DNA of 64,000 bases from an uncultured SAR86 cluster bacterium (GCA_902509965.1 CABWZP010000002.1:23652-87651); one strand, 5' to 3'. Counted from the first letter of the stretch, positions 50,323 through 59,110 are shown. Notes: generated from the sequence alone by a model not told the origin. Numbers and translations: made by a program.

Positions 50323-50760
50323 ATGGCCATGACTCGATCCACAACTCCTTGCTTAGGAATCTGCTCAACCACCTACGGTGATAACGTTTGTAAGGGCTGT
50401 AAACGTTACGTACATGAGGTAATCGATTGGAATAAATTTAATACCCAAGAGAAAGAGCTCGTAAATATTCGTTTAGAGAAATTTAAGAAAATTGTGCTAA
50501 AAAGTCGCTTTTCTATTAACGATGAGTCTGTATTGGCGCAAAAACTTAAGGATAATGCTATACGTTTTAATAATAGCTTAGATCCTTTAACTTGGATTTT
50601 TGATTTATTAAGAGCCTCTGGAACTCAAGAGCTTGATTTAAATGAATTTGGTATTACTAGTCTTATCAATGAGCCTTTATCTGTTACTAGAGAGGCTATC
50701 AATAAAGAGTTTTTAGAACTATCTGAAGCTCATCACGAAAGATACTTTAAAGCGCTATAA
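50323..50760 (+). CDS. DUF1289-like Cys-motif protein with C-terminal extension
   Basis: Tracked TTG ORF (50230) trimmed to the ATG at 50323 (MAMTRSTTPCLGICS...). 'PCLGICSTTYGDNVCKGCKRYVHEVIDWN' gives C-x3-C-x8-C-x2-C, reminiscent of DUF1289/YdhL. The remaining ~100 aa are unassigned. Confidence 0.45.
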   Translation: MAMTRSTTPCLGICSTTYGDNVCKGCKRYVHEVIDWNKFNTQEKELVNIRLEKFKKIVLKSRFSINDESVLAQKLKDNAIRFNNSLDPLTWIFDLLRASGTQELDLNEFGITSLINEPLSVTREAINKEFLELSEAHHERYFKAL

Positions 50761-51636
50761 TTATTTGGCCGGTGGCCATAAAAATAACTGAGAAGTTTTC
50801 TGCATATATTCGTTGTAGTCTGGCCTTCTTTCTAGACTTCGATTATCCATCATCTTGCAAGTCACCAATGCAAACATGAGATACATACTCAATGGACAAA
50901 TGAATAACCAGACAGGATAATTTTCTGCCGTTAATGCCATTAAGAACAAACCAAACCAAAAAGATACTTCACCTAGATAATTTGGATGTCTGGAAAACTT
51001 CCAAAATCCAGTGCGCATAGTTGCTCGATGATTCGAAGGAATACTCGCAAATTCTCGCATTTGCCTATCTGCAATTGTTTCTAAAGATACTGCAAGTATA
51101 GTAAAGATACTTGCGCAATATAAAAGCCAGCTTACATCGCCGGTATCTTTTGAGAGGATGTAATAAATAGGCAGCAAGGATAAATTAACTTGAAAAGTAG
51201 GGAACATATGAATCCCAAAAAAATCAACAAAATTAATCCAAAGTTTTGAACCCTTTTTAAGCTTAACGTAGCGAAAATCTTCCTCTATCAATCCTGGCCA
51301 TTTTCTTAACCAGTTTAAATTTAATCTAAATGACCAAAAAATTACTGGAATAAGAACTAAGAAAATTTTTTCATAATTCAGCACTCCTGATTCAGGCCAA
51401 AAAGCTACATAAACAGCAATAGGTGCTGGAGCAAAGGACCAAAAAGGATCATACAAACTAGAGTTTTTATAAATAAAACTCCCAATATATACAATGCAAG
51501 TTGCAACAAAATGCGCAAAAGAAACAACCACCCATTGATGAGCTCCTATTATTTGATTAGCGCAATATATTGCAACAACAAAGGCTATTAAATATACCCA
51601 AAAGCAAATAAATAAACCTTTTTGTCGCTCGTTCAT
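50761..51636 (-). CDS. DUF1295 / steroid-5-alpha-reductase-like polytopic membrane protein
   Basis: Trimmed to the ATG at 51636 (MNERQKGLF...), 5 nt after the MAPEG stop. Multiple TM segments. C-terminal 'GFWKFSRHPNYLGEVSFWFGLFL' is the DUF1295/ICMT-like motif. Confidence 0.7.
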   Translation of the reverse strand: MNERQKGLFICFWVYLIAFVVAIYCANQIIGAHQWVVVSFAHFVATCIVYIGSFIYKNSSLYDPFWSFAPAPIAVYVAFWPESGVLNYEKIFLVLIPVIFWSFRLNLNWLRKWPGLIEEDFRYVKLKKGSKLWINFVDFFGIHMFPTFQVNLSLLPIYYILSKDTGDVSWLLYCASIFTILAVSLETIADRQMREFASIPSNHRATMRTGFWKFSRHPNYLGEVSFWFGLFLMALTAENYPVWLFICPLSMYLMFALVTCKMMDNRSLERRPDYNEYMQKTSQLFLWPPAK

Positions 51637-51641
51637 ATTTG

Positions 51642-52004
51642 TTAGATAAGATTTAATCCCATTTTTATGAGCAAGAAGATTGAGATAGCCCAAGCTAGAC
51701 CTCTTAAAGGTTGAGGTTCATAGGTTGATCCTTCCGCAGCTGGTCTTAAACTTAAACCTGAAATATAGACAAGAGCAAAAATAACTCTAGCTAACAACCA
51801 ATAGGCTGCAAGTTGAGTGTTGGCTTCAATTTCAAAATAGATCGAAAGAATCGCTAATGTAAAGAATACTGGCAGAGACTCTCTTAAATTATGAACAGCT
51901 TTATTTGTTCTCTCAGAGACATCTCCAGCTGAACGTCTCAACCAGGATTGAAGCACGAGCTGAATTAGGTACAGCAATGCTGTACTTAGTATTATTGTAA
52001 CCAC
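51642..52004 (-). CDS. MAPEG family membrane protein (glutathione-transferase-like)
   Basis: 120 aa, GTG start overlapping the upstream stop by 1 nt, 3-4 TM segments. 'HNLRESLPVFFTLAIL' resembles the MAPEG N-x-x-E motif. Confidence 0.6.
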   Translation of the reverse strand: MVTIILSTALLYLIQLVLQSWLRRSAGDVSERTNKAVHNLRESLPVFFTLAILSIYFEIEANTQLAAYWLLARVIFALVYISGLSLRPAAEGSTYEPQPLRGLAWAISIFLLIKMGLNLI

Positions 52005-52570
52005 TATTGATTAGGGTTAACTGTGACCTCTAATGGGACCATAACATGAACAAAGTCATTACCTTCCCACATTACGTAAGGTCCACCCGCATACGGATCT
52101 CTTGGCATATCTTTCATTAGACTTGCTGGCATTAACATCATTAAATGTGGGCCTTCTTGAATCCATACGCCTTTAGATTTATCTGTATTAAAGGGGTCAT
52201 CATTGTCTACTGCTGTATCACCTTGCAGCATGTACGACATACCAAAACCTTCTTCTTCAGAATTATATTCACCTTGCGCCATATAAGCTGCAAGCCATTT
52301 CTGCCATGCTTTATCAACACACATTGGATTTACATTTTCATTCGGCGGAGTGCCTGGCATACAAGTCCAACCATTAGTTCCTTCAACTAAAATAGTGCCA
52401 TCTGAACTCATAATAGTTGCATCACCACTAATATTAGCTGGCGCTGCAGATTTAGCTATTTTAATAACCTCTGCTTCTGATATTTTATGTCCCGAAGCTT
52501 CATGATGCATTGCAGAAGCGAATGGAATTAACATTAAGCAACTCAAAATAGTAAACATTGTTTTTTTCAT
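52004..52570 (-). CDS. secreted hypothetical protein, His-rich N-terminus and Met-rich C-terminal segment
   Basis: 188 aa. Signal peptide 'MKKTMFTILSCLMLIPFASA' with an AxA site. The predicted mature N-terminus is 'MHHEASGH'. 'PHLMMLMPASLMKDMP' patch. Two Cys. I do not recognise a family. Confidence 0.55.
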   Translation of the reverse strand: MKKTMFTILSCLMLIPFASAMHHEASGHKISEAEVIKIAKSAAPANISGDATIMSSDGTILVEGTNGWTCMPGTPPNENVNPMCVDKAWQKWLAAYMAQGEYNSEEEGFGMSYMLQGDTAVDNDDPFNTDKSKGVWIQEGPHLMMLMPASLMKDMPRDPYAGGPYVMWEGNDFVHVMVPLEVTVNPNQ

Positions 52571-52645
52571 TTTTTATCCCCTAAAAAATTAACTAGATAT
52601 TAAATGTAGATGAATATGCAATTAAATCAAGTATATTTTATATAA

Positions 52646-53908
52646 CTAATCAACCAAAGGTATCTCATACCAATTGGTAGTATATTTTGGTGAAACCATG
52701 TTTTGTCGCATGGGAGAGTAAAGAGATGTGTTTTGTGATGCGAAATAAATTTGTGTTTTATAGATGTTCATAGCATCTATATAACGCATTAAATAAGAAT
52801 TATCTTTAGGTGCATTAGCATCTTGAAACAATGAGTATTGTTTTATGCCTTCGTTTGAAAATAAACTTAATAAAACTCCAGCCTTCGCATAGGAATAATT
52901 AGGTTTGAAAATAGGTTTTAGCGCAATTTTAGCGCCATGTAATATATCTCTAGTGTCATTAGTGGGACTATGAAATTGAAAACTATTAAAGCCCCTATGC
53001 TGAGGTTTTTTATCGTTAAATGGACTTGTTCTGACAAAGACAGAAACCTGTGAACATTTTTGTTTTTCATGTCGTAATTTCTCAGTGGCTCTTACTACAA
53101 AATTACTCACAATAGGTTCAAGTGTAGATAAATGATCTACTCTTTGACCAAAACTTCGACTGACAACAATCTGTTTCTTTGCTGCTACATTATGTTCTAT
53201 CTCTAGACATCTTTCCCCACGTAACTCTCTAACAGTCCGCTCTAAGACTATGCTAAATTTTTCTCTAATATGAGCAGGATCACATTGAGCTAAATCTAAG
53301 GCTGTAAGGATACCCATGCGTTGTAAGTGTTGATTTAGTCTCCTACCCACACCCCAAACTTCACCTACAGGAGTTAGTGATAAAGCTTCTGCAATTTCTT
53401 TTGGTGTAATGAGTCGTACAACTCTTGTGGCTATATTTTTCTTCTTAACTTGATGGATAGCTATTTTTGTTAAAGTTTTAGTTGGAGCTATACCAACACG
53501 AACCGGTACTCCAGTCCACTGTTTAATAACACCTCTTACATAGCATCCAAACTTATAGAGATTATAGTTTTTATCTAATCTATCTAAATCTAAAAAGGCT
53601 TCATCAATACTATAGACTTCTACACTTGGAGAGACTGACTCTAATATATTCATCACTCGTGCAGACATATCGCCATAGAGAGCAAAATTAGAAGAAAAAA
53701 CATAACCACCATTTTTTAAATAATGATCTTTAACTTTAAACCAAGGTACTCCCATGCCAACTCCTAAAGCTTTGGCTTCTTTACTCCTAGCAATAACACA
53801 TCCATCATTATTAGATAAGACAACAATAGGTTTATTGTTTAAATCAGGACGGAAGATTCTTTCACAAGACGCATAAAAACTATCGCAATCTACCAGAGCT
53901 AGTGGCAT
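52646..53908 (-). CDS. umuC: translesion DNA polymerase V catalytic subunit UmuC (Y-family)
   Basis: 420 aa. 'ALVDCDSFYASCERIFRP', 'VVLSNNDGCVIA', 'YSIDEAFLD'. Directly after umuD with a 1-nt overlap. Confidence 0.93.
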   Translation of the reverse strand: MPLALVDCDSFYASCERIFRPDLNNKPIVVLSNNDGCVIARSKEAKALGVGMGVPWFKVKDHYLKNGGYVFSSNFALYGDMSARVMNILESVSPSVEVYSIDEAFLDLDRLDKNYNLYKFGCYVRGVIKQWTGVPVRVGIAPTKTLTKIAIHQVKKKNIATRVVRLITPKEIAEALSLTPVGEVWGVGRRLNQHLQRMGILTALDLAQCDPAHIREKFSIVLERTVRELRGERCLEIEHNVAAKKQIVVSRSFGQRVDHLSTLEPIVSNFVVRATEKLRHEKQKCSQVSVFVRTSPFNDKKPQHRGFNSFQFHSPTNDTRDILHGAKIALKPIFKPNYSYAKAGVLLSLFSNEGIKQYSLFQDANAPKDNSYLMRYIDAMNIYKTQIYFASQNTSLYSPMRQNMVSPKYTTNWYEIPLVD

Positions 53909-54336
53909 TAAAATTTATTAATGGCTGCTGTGACCGTTCCTAGTATTTCTAATTCTTGTCCATGATTAATAAAGATGGGAGGGTAACTTGGATTATCTGG
54001 CATTAAACACATTTTTGGTTTTAACTTAAGACGCTTGCAAACAAACTCACCGTCGATAGAAGCAACGACTATGCTGTCATGTGATGGCTTGATGCTTCGA
54101 TCAACTACAAGTACAGCTTGATCTGTAATACCTGATCCAAGCATTGATTGTCCTTGAGCACGAACTAGAAAAGTTGCAGCACCATTTTTAATAAGATGTT
54201 TATTGAGGTCTATAGGGCTTTCCATATAATCACTAGCAGGACTAGGGAAGCCTGCATGCACCGATTCAAGGAAATAAGGCACAAATATTGCCGGCAGATT
54301 CTCTTCAGAAATTTTTCCGATGTAGTCAACTTTCAT
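53908..54336 (-). CDS. umuD: translesion polymerase accessory protein UmuD (LexA-like S24 peptidase)
   Basis: 142 aa. Cleavage-site region 'VHAGFPSPA', 'GQSM' Ser and 'FVCKRL' Lys. SOS box 18 nt upstream. Confidence 0.92.
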   Translation of the reverse strand: MKVDYIGKISEENLPAIFVPYFLESVHAGFPSPASDYMESPIDLNKHLIKNGAATFLVRAQGQSMLGSGITDQAVLVVDRSIKPSHDSIVVASIDGEFVCKRLKLKPKMCLMPDNPSYPPIFINHGQELEILGTVTAAINKF

Positions 54337-54354
54337 AAGGATATTGTTTTAATT

Positions 54355-54374
54355 TACTGTATAAATATACAGTA
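54355..54374. promoter_or_regulatory. LexA (SOS) box TACTGTATAAATATACAGTA upstream of umuDC
   Basis: CTGT-N8-ACAG with TACTG/CAGTA ends, read directly. It lies in the 62-bp gap between the lpxH stop (54399) and the umuD start (54336). Confidence 0.92.
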
Positions 54375-54398
54375 GTATTTCAATTAGAACAATAGGAT

Positions 54399-55121
54399 TT
54401 ATATATTAAATTCTTGTAGATCGATATTATTTAAATTGAGTGCAAGGTACCAACCAGTTGCACCCCAGTCGCCTAAAACGATGCGTTTAGCAACAAGATT
54501 CTCTGACTCGATGTTATGAATATTAGGTCTGTGAGTATGCCCATGTATAAATAAATCTGGTGTATGTTCAAGCAAGAAGTCGCTTACTGCAGCAGCATTA
54601 ACATCAGTGATGATATTAGACTTTTCAGCGGTAGCTTCTTGGCTTTCATCTCTCATTGATTTTGCGATCTCTTCACGTTCAGCAATGGGTTTATTTAGAA
54701 ATTCAGATTGCCATTCATTGCTACGAACTTGGTTTCTAAATGTAATGTAATCAACATCATCAGTACAAAGAAAATCTCCGTGACTAATTACAACCTTTTG
54801 ATCATTAATAGTTAGTGTATAAGGATCTGGCAAAATGGTTATACCTGTTTCTTCAGCAAATGACTCTCCGATTAGAAAATCTCTATTGCCGTGTATGAAA
54901 AAAGTTGCAGGACCATTATCGGTAAATGCACGTAAAGCATTTTTTACTTCTTGTGCAAGAGGAGTGGCATCATCATCTCCAATCCAGGCCTCAAAGAGAT
55001 CACCAAGAATATAAAGATGAGTGCAAGCCTCTTTTGATTCGTTTAAAAATGTAAAAAAGGCTTGAGTAAGTTCAGGATGTTTATCGCTTAGATGTATGTC
55101 TGAGATAAACCTAGGCTTCAT
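54399..55121 (-). CDS. lpxH: UDP-2,3-diacylglucosamine diphosphatase
   Basis: 240 aa. Calcineurin-like motifs 'FISDIHL', 'GDLFEAWIGDD', 'GNRDF', 'HGHTH'. ppi-lpxH arrangement as in E. coli. Confidence 0.92.
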   Translation of the reverse strand: MKPRFISDIHLSDKHPELTQAFFTFLNESKEACTHLYILGDLFEAWIGDDDATPLAQEVKNALRAFTDNGPATFFIHGNRDFLIGESFAEETGITILPDPYTLTINDQKVVISHGDFLCTDDVDYITFRNQVRSNEWQSEFLNKPIAEREEIAKSMRDESQEATAEKSNIITDVNAAAVSDFLLEHTPDLFIHGHTHRPNIHNIESENLVAKRIVLGDWGATGWYLALNLNNIDLQEFNI

Positions 55122-55711
55122 TCAGATACAGTAACCGATTCAATAGTTACAGGCTCAAGTGGCGCATCTTGATAACCACCAACCATACCAGTAGGACTTT
55201 CAGCCAACTGATCAACAACATCCATACCATCGGTAACTTTACCAAAGACTGCATAACCCCAACCTTGTGCAGTTTCAGCAGTATGATTTAAGAAGCCATT
55301 GTCTTTGTGATTAACAAAAAACTGTCCTGTAGCTGAGTGTGGATCCATAGTTCTAGCCATAGCAATACTTCCACGATCATTTGCAAGACCATTGTTAGCT
55401 TCATTTTGTATAGGATCAGTGCCACTAGATTTATTTTGCATATCTTCAGTTAGGCCACCACCTTGAACCATGAAACCTGGAATAATTCTGTGGAATATAG
55501 TGCCTTCATAGTAACCAGCATTAGCTAGAGCTACAAAGTTTGCTACTGTAATAGGAGCTTTGTCTTGATCTAACTCTAAATGAATAGCGCCGATAGTGGT
55601 ATTAATAGTTACAGATGTCATAGCAGTCTCCTTGCTTTGAGATGAAGCCTCGATTGATGATGAGAATACAAGGCCACATATAAGGATGCTTAATAATTGT
55701 ATTTTCTTCAT
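55118..55711 (-). CDS. ppiA: periplasmic peptidyl-prolyl cis-trans isomerase (cyclophilin type)
   Basis: 197 aa. Signal peptide 'MKKIQLLSILICGLVFSSSIEA'. 'FHRIIPGFMVQGG', 'SIAMART'. Confidence 0.9.
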   Translation of the reverse strand: MKKIQLLSILICGLVFSSSIEASSQSKETAMTSVTINTTIGAIHLELDQDKAPITVANFVALANAGYYEGTIFHRIIPGFMVQGGGLTEDMQNKSSGTDPIQNEANNGLANDRGSIAMARTMDPHSATGQFFVNHKDNGFLNHTAETAQGWGYAVFGKVTDGMDVVDQLAESPTGMVGGYQDAPLEPVTIESVTVSE

Positions 55712-55753
55712 GGTATAGCTTTATAGGTTTTTAATAGTTGAGGTATTTTATCA

Positions 55754-56878
55754 TCAAAAGTTATGGATGCGGTTGTAGTTTGAAAAAGCTTCTTGAACTT
55801 TATCTTCATCTAAACCGAAATCTTCTAAAGCATAATGATGAGGTTTATAACCTTCTTTAGATTGGTTATCTATATAAACTTGCATCTGATCAAGAGTTGA
55901 TTGAGATAATTCAAAATTAAAATGCTGATAAATCTGTTTAATTTGTTCTAGAGGATTTTTAATAAAATCACGATAATCAATATCTATAATTTGTTCAGAA
56001 GTAAGGTGCTCAGATCTATCACTAATACTTTTTTCTATTGCATATTGCCAAAAATCTAAAACAGCTGCACCAATTTCATGAGGATCGGCATGATTTGAAA
56101 GTCCAGAGCGCACACTCATGGTTAAGCTTGATAAAGACCCAATGGATTTGACTGGGTTTCTGTGAATATGAATAAATTTAGCTCCAGGGTAGGTGGAGAC
56201 CAGCTCGGGAGTATGACTAATATGACTTGGGTCTTTTAACAGCCATTTTTCGGGCTTTTCTTGCGTTTCTAAGGCTTGAAGAAAACGTTTATGCCACATA
56301 AAAGTGTCTGAAAAATCACAGGTCTTTAAAAACTTTTCATAGCTAGGAGAATTAGCCATACACATAAAGATAAAACTTCTAACATTCATGGTATTAATCA
56401 AAGAGCATTCTTCAGGCATCTCGGCATGAATATGATGCATCCCTAAAAGATTTGGAATAAATTTTCTTGCCAAGCTCAACTCTCTATTGGTCTGTTTAAT
56501 ACGTTTTTTAGCTTCTTTGCTACCTTTTTCTACCAAAGGAAAAGGGCGAGTTATTTCCCAAAATAAGGGCGACCGATATTGCTCATCACAGCTTAATAAA
56601 TCAAATAAAAATGTTGTACCTGAGCGAGGTAGGCCCATAACAAAGATTGGATTTGCAGGCTCTGGTAAGTTTTTATCATCGATAAAATCATGTAATTGAG
56701 CTCTAACTTTAAGTCGATTTATAAGCTGATGACGCACACCAAGATTCCCAGCTAAATTAAGCCGAGATTCATTTTTAAATGATTCTATTAGGTGTTCTAA
56801 GGGTTCTAAATAGTCATTCTCTCCAAGGCGACCTTCAAGACCTTTGAGGATAGATTTTTTAGACAAACGAAATTTCAC
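55754..56878 (-). CDS. sulfotransferase family protein
   Basis: 374 aa. PAPS 5'-phosphosulfate-binding loop 'GLPRSGTTFLFDLL'. A later 'R...S' block is consistent with bacterial Sulfotransfer_3-type proteins. Confidence 0.6.
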   Translation of the reverse strand: MKFRLSKKSILKGLEGRLGENDYLEPLEHLIESFKNESRLNLAGNLGVRHQLINRLKVRAQLHDFIDDKNLPEPANPIFVMGLPRSGTTFLFDLLSCDEQYRSPLFWEITRPFPLVEKGSKEAKKRIKQTNRELSLARKFIPNLLGMHHIHAEMPEECSLINTMNVRSFIFMCMANSPSYEKFLKTCDFSDTFMWHKRFLQALETQEKPEKWLLKDPSHISHTPELVSTYPGAKFIHIHRNPVKSIGSLSSLTMSVRSGLSNHADPHEIGAAVLDFWQYAIEKSISDRSEHLTSEQIIDIDYRDFIKNPLEQIKQIYQHFNFELSQSTLDQMQVYIDNQSKEGYKPHHYALEDFGLDEDKVQEAFSNYNRIHNF

Positions 56879-56938
56879 TGTATTATTTCCTTATTAAATA
56901 TAAGATACTCTGAAATAGTAGAATCTTCAATTTACTTT

Positions 56939-57355
56939 ATGAATATACTTTTTATGTGCGTTGGTAATTCAGCAAGAAGCCAAATAGCAGAGGGCTTAGC
57001 TAAAGCTATGCTCAGTAAAGAGCATCAAATACAAAGTGCAGGATCTATACCTTCAGGTAAGGTTCATTCAGGTGCTATTTCCTGCATGAAATCCATAGGG
57101 ATAGATATTTCAAATCATTATTCAAAATCAATTGATGATCTTGAATCTAATTTTATAGATAATCTAGATTACGTTATTACTTTGTGTGGAGAGGAGGTTT
57201 GCCCAGTGCTTCCAACTTCAGCCACTTCTTTGCATTGGGTGCATCCAGATCCAGTAAATATTAATTTTGATAAAGCTCAAGAAGCCGAAGCTTTTGAGCA
57301 TACTAGAGAAAGTATTTTTAAATTATTAAAAAAATTTTTGATTCTTAATACTTAA
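56939..57355 (+). CDS. arsC: arsenate reductase / low-molecular-weight phosphotyrosine phosphatase family (thioredoxin-coupled ArsC type)
   Basis: 138 aa. P-loop 'MCVGNSARSQIAEG' and second Cys pair 'TLCGEEVCP' parallel B. subtilis/S. aureus ArsC. No arsB/acr3/arsR nearby. Confidence 0.65.
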   Translation: MNILFMCVGNSARSQIAEGLAKAMLSKEHQIQSAGSIPSGKVHSGAISCMKSIGIDISNHYSKSIDDLESNFIDNLDYVITLCGEEVCPVLPTSATSLHWVHPDPVNINFDKAQEAEAFEHTRESIFKLLKKFLILNT

Positions 57356-59076
57356 AAATTAAACCAGCCAATTGCATCGTACTCGATGCCTGTAGTTACA
57401 AAGCCTTGAACAGCAAGCAAGCATCCAGTAATAATCAACCCTAATATAGAACCAATAACACCATTATTTGCAGCTATGCCAACAATAGTAGTAGGTTTGT
57501 ATATAAGTTCCTTGTAATTAATAGATTCATCAACTTGTTGAAGTAACGCCTTTGCACTTTCGAGGTCGGTAATTCTATCTGGTGATGCATTGGCTAACTT
57601 TAATTCCCAAATCTCTTCTTCAATAATAAAAAGCTCATTTCGAACAAAGTCTCTATGCTCGGCACTTAAAGATTGCAGTCTAATAGCCATATACATAGCA
57701 AGAAGACTTATCCCTGAAATAATTGCAATGATGGCTACTATGACAAAAATAGTCGAAATATGATGGCGCATTTCTGTCCATATAATAAGATTTAACAAAC
57801 CAACACAAAATAAAGAGTAAAAAATAAGGATCGACGTATAACCTTCAATTCTAAGATAAAAAGCTTCTCCAAAAGATCGCAAAACTTTTCTCATATTCAT
57901 CCAAGCAAAGACATTGACTCTTTTTTGCAGATCTAAATAAATTGGTTCTTTACTATCATTATTAGCTTCATCGCTTGAAAATAATTCAGAAAATCTAAGT
58001 CCTGGATACTTAACTAAATCACCTATTTTTTTAGCAGTCTCATAACGCCTCTCAAAATCTATTGAACATACAAGCCCAAAGAAGAGGAGCTGAAATCCCA
58101 AGAAAAATCCTAAAATAGAAGCCACTGAAATCATTTGCTCTAATCCAGACACCCCAAAGAGACTTGCTCCATAGACATATCTAACCATAAATGGCGTAGC
58201 GGGAATTAATAGCATGGATGGATACAAAATAAGTCTATATTTTTTAACAAAGTCTTTTTTATAGACAGACATAATAATGTTAAACAAGAATGAACCTGAA
58301 GCAACTTCATTTTCTTTTGTTGCACTGGTCTTATTAGGGAATAGGGGACTTGATTCTTCATTAAGCAAATCTTTAATATTTGTGTCACTTAAATCCATAG
58401 GTATACCTTGAAGACAGATGTCATTTTCATCCATAGCACAGGTAAGCTCATCTTCAATTAAGCCAGGATTGTCAGTAGGCTTACTCCAGCCTGGACCTAT
58501 TAATCTTCTTTGAGTTTTTTGATCATCCCAATCTGGTGCTGGTAAGCACATTCTCTCTAAATCTTCTTCTCTAAAGTAAGCGTACTTAACAGAAATGATG
58601 AGCCTGCGAACAAATAGCAATAAGTAGGCCAAGATAATTTGAAAAGTATCAATGTTTTGAGTTAAAGCACTATCGCTAAATAAAGCTAAAAGAAGTGCTG
58701 CAGTTAGAAGCCATGAGGCCGGATAGGTAATTAACCAAGAGCCAATAATAAAGGCTAATGAGTGATGTTTAGTTGAGGTTGCGCATAAACCTCTATTTTG
58801 AATTACATGCCAAGCTCTATTAGGGCTTGATTCTAAAACTAATGCGGCAAGAGGGGACACAAAGACAGGGGGTAGATTTTCATATATAAAAGTTTTCCAA
58901 AACGCATTCCAAGAAAACTTAACAGGGTTGTGAAAAGTATCACCTTTATTTTTTGAGGCACTTCTTAATTTAGCCGCTTGATACGAAGAATTGATGCCTG
59001 AGATAAAATTTTCATCGTGTTCTACTGATGGCTGTCGAAGACTCAAGTAGGATTCTGGAATATCTTTTGAACTCAT
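57352..59076 (-). CDS. orphan polytopic membrane protein, unknown function
   Basis: 574 aa. About 8-9 hydrophobic segments, a ~95-aa hydrophilic Cys-containing insert, and a predicted coiled coil before the last TM. I do not recognise a family. Confidence 0.6.
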   Translation of the reverse strand: MSSKDIPESYLSLRQPSVEHDENFISGINSSYQAAKLRSASKNKGDTFHNPVKFSWNAFWKTFIYENLPPVFVSPLAALVLESSPNRAWHVIQNRGLCATSTKHHSLAFIIGSWLITYPASWLLTAALLLALFSDSALTQNIDTFQIILAYLLLFVRRLIISVKYAYFREEDLERMCLPAPDWDDQKTQRRLIGPGWSKPTDNPGLIEDELTCAMDENDICLQGIPMDLSDTNIKDLLNEESSPLFPNKTSATKENEVASGSFLFNIIMSVYKKDFVKKYRLILYPSMLLIPATPFMVRYVYGASLFGVSGLEQMISVASILGFFLGFQLLFFGLVCSIDFERRYETAKKIGDLVKYPGLRFSELFSSDEANNDSKEPIYLDLQKRVNVFAWMNMRKVLRSFGEAFYLRIEGYTSILIFYSLFCVGLLNLIIWTEMRHHISTIFVIVAIIAIISGISLLAMYMAIRLQSLSAEHRDFVRNELFIIEEEIWELKLANASPDRITDLESAKALLQQVDESINYKELIYKPTTIVGIAANNGVIGSILGLIITGCLLAVQGFVTTGIEYDAIGWFNF

Positions 59077-59110
59077 TTTTAATCCATTAATTATTAGTTG
59101 ATACGAATGA

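Noticed and set aside
52597-54411. A 9-nt direct repeat, ATATTAAAT, on both sides of umuDC (52597-52605 and 54403-54411), considered as a possible target-site duplication of an inserted cassette.
   Set aside because: It is too short and AT-rich to be significant. The right copy lies inside the lpxH coding sequence, and no mobility gene or terminal inverted repeats accompany it.
56939-57355. The arsC-type gene as evidence of an arsenic-resistance operon.
   Set aside because: It is a stand-alone gene with no arsR, arsB/acr3 or arsA/D adjacent. The family also includes LMW phosphotyrosine phosphatases, so the physiological substrate cannot be inferred from this window.
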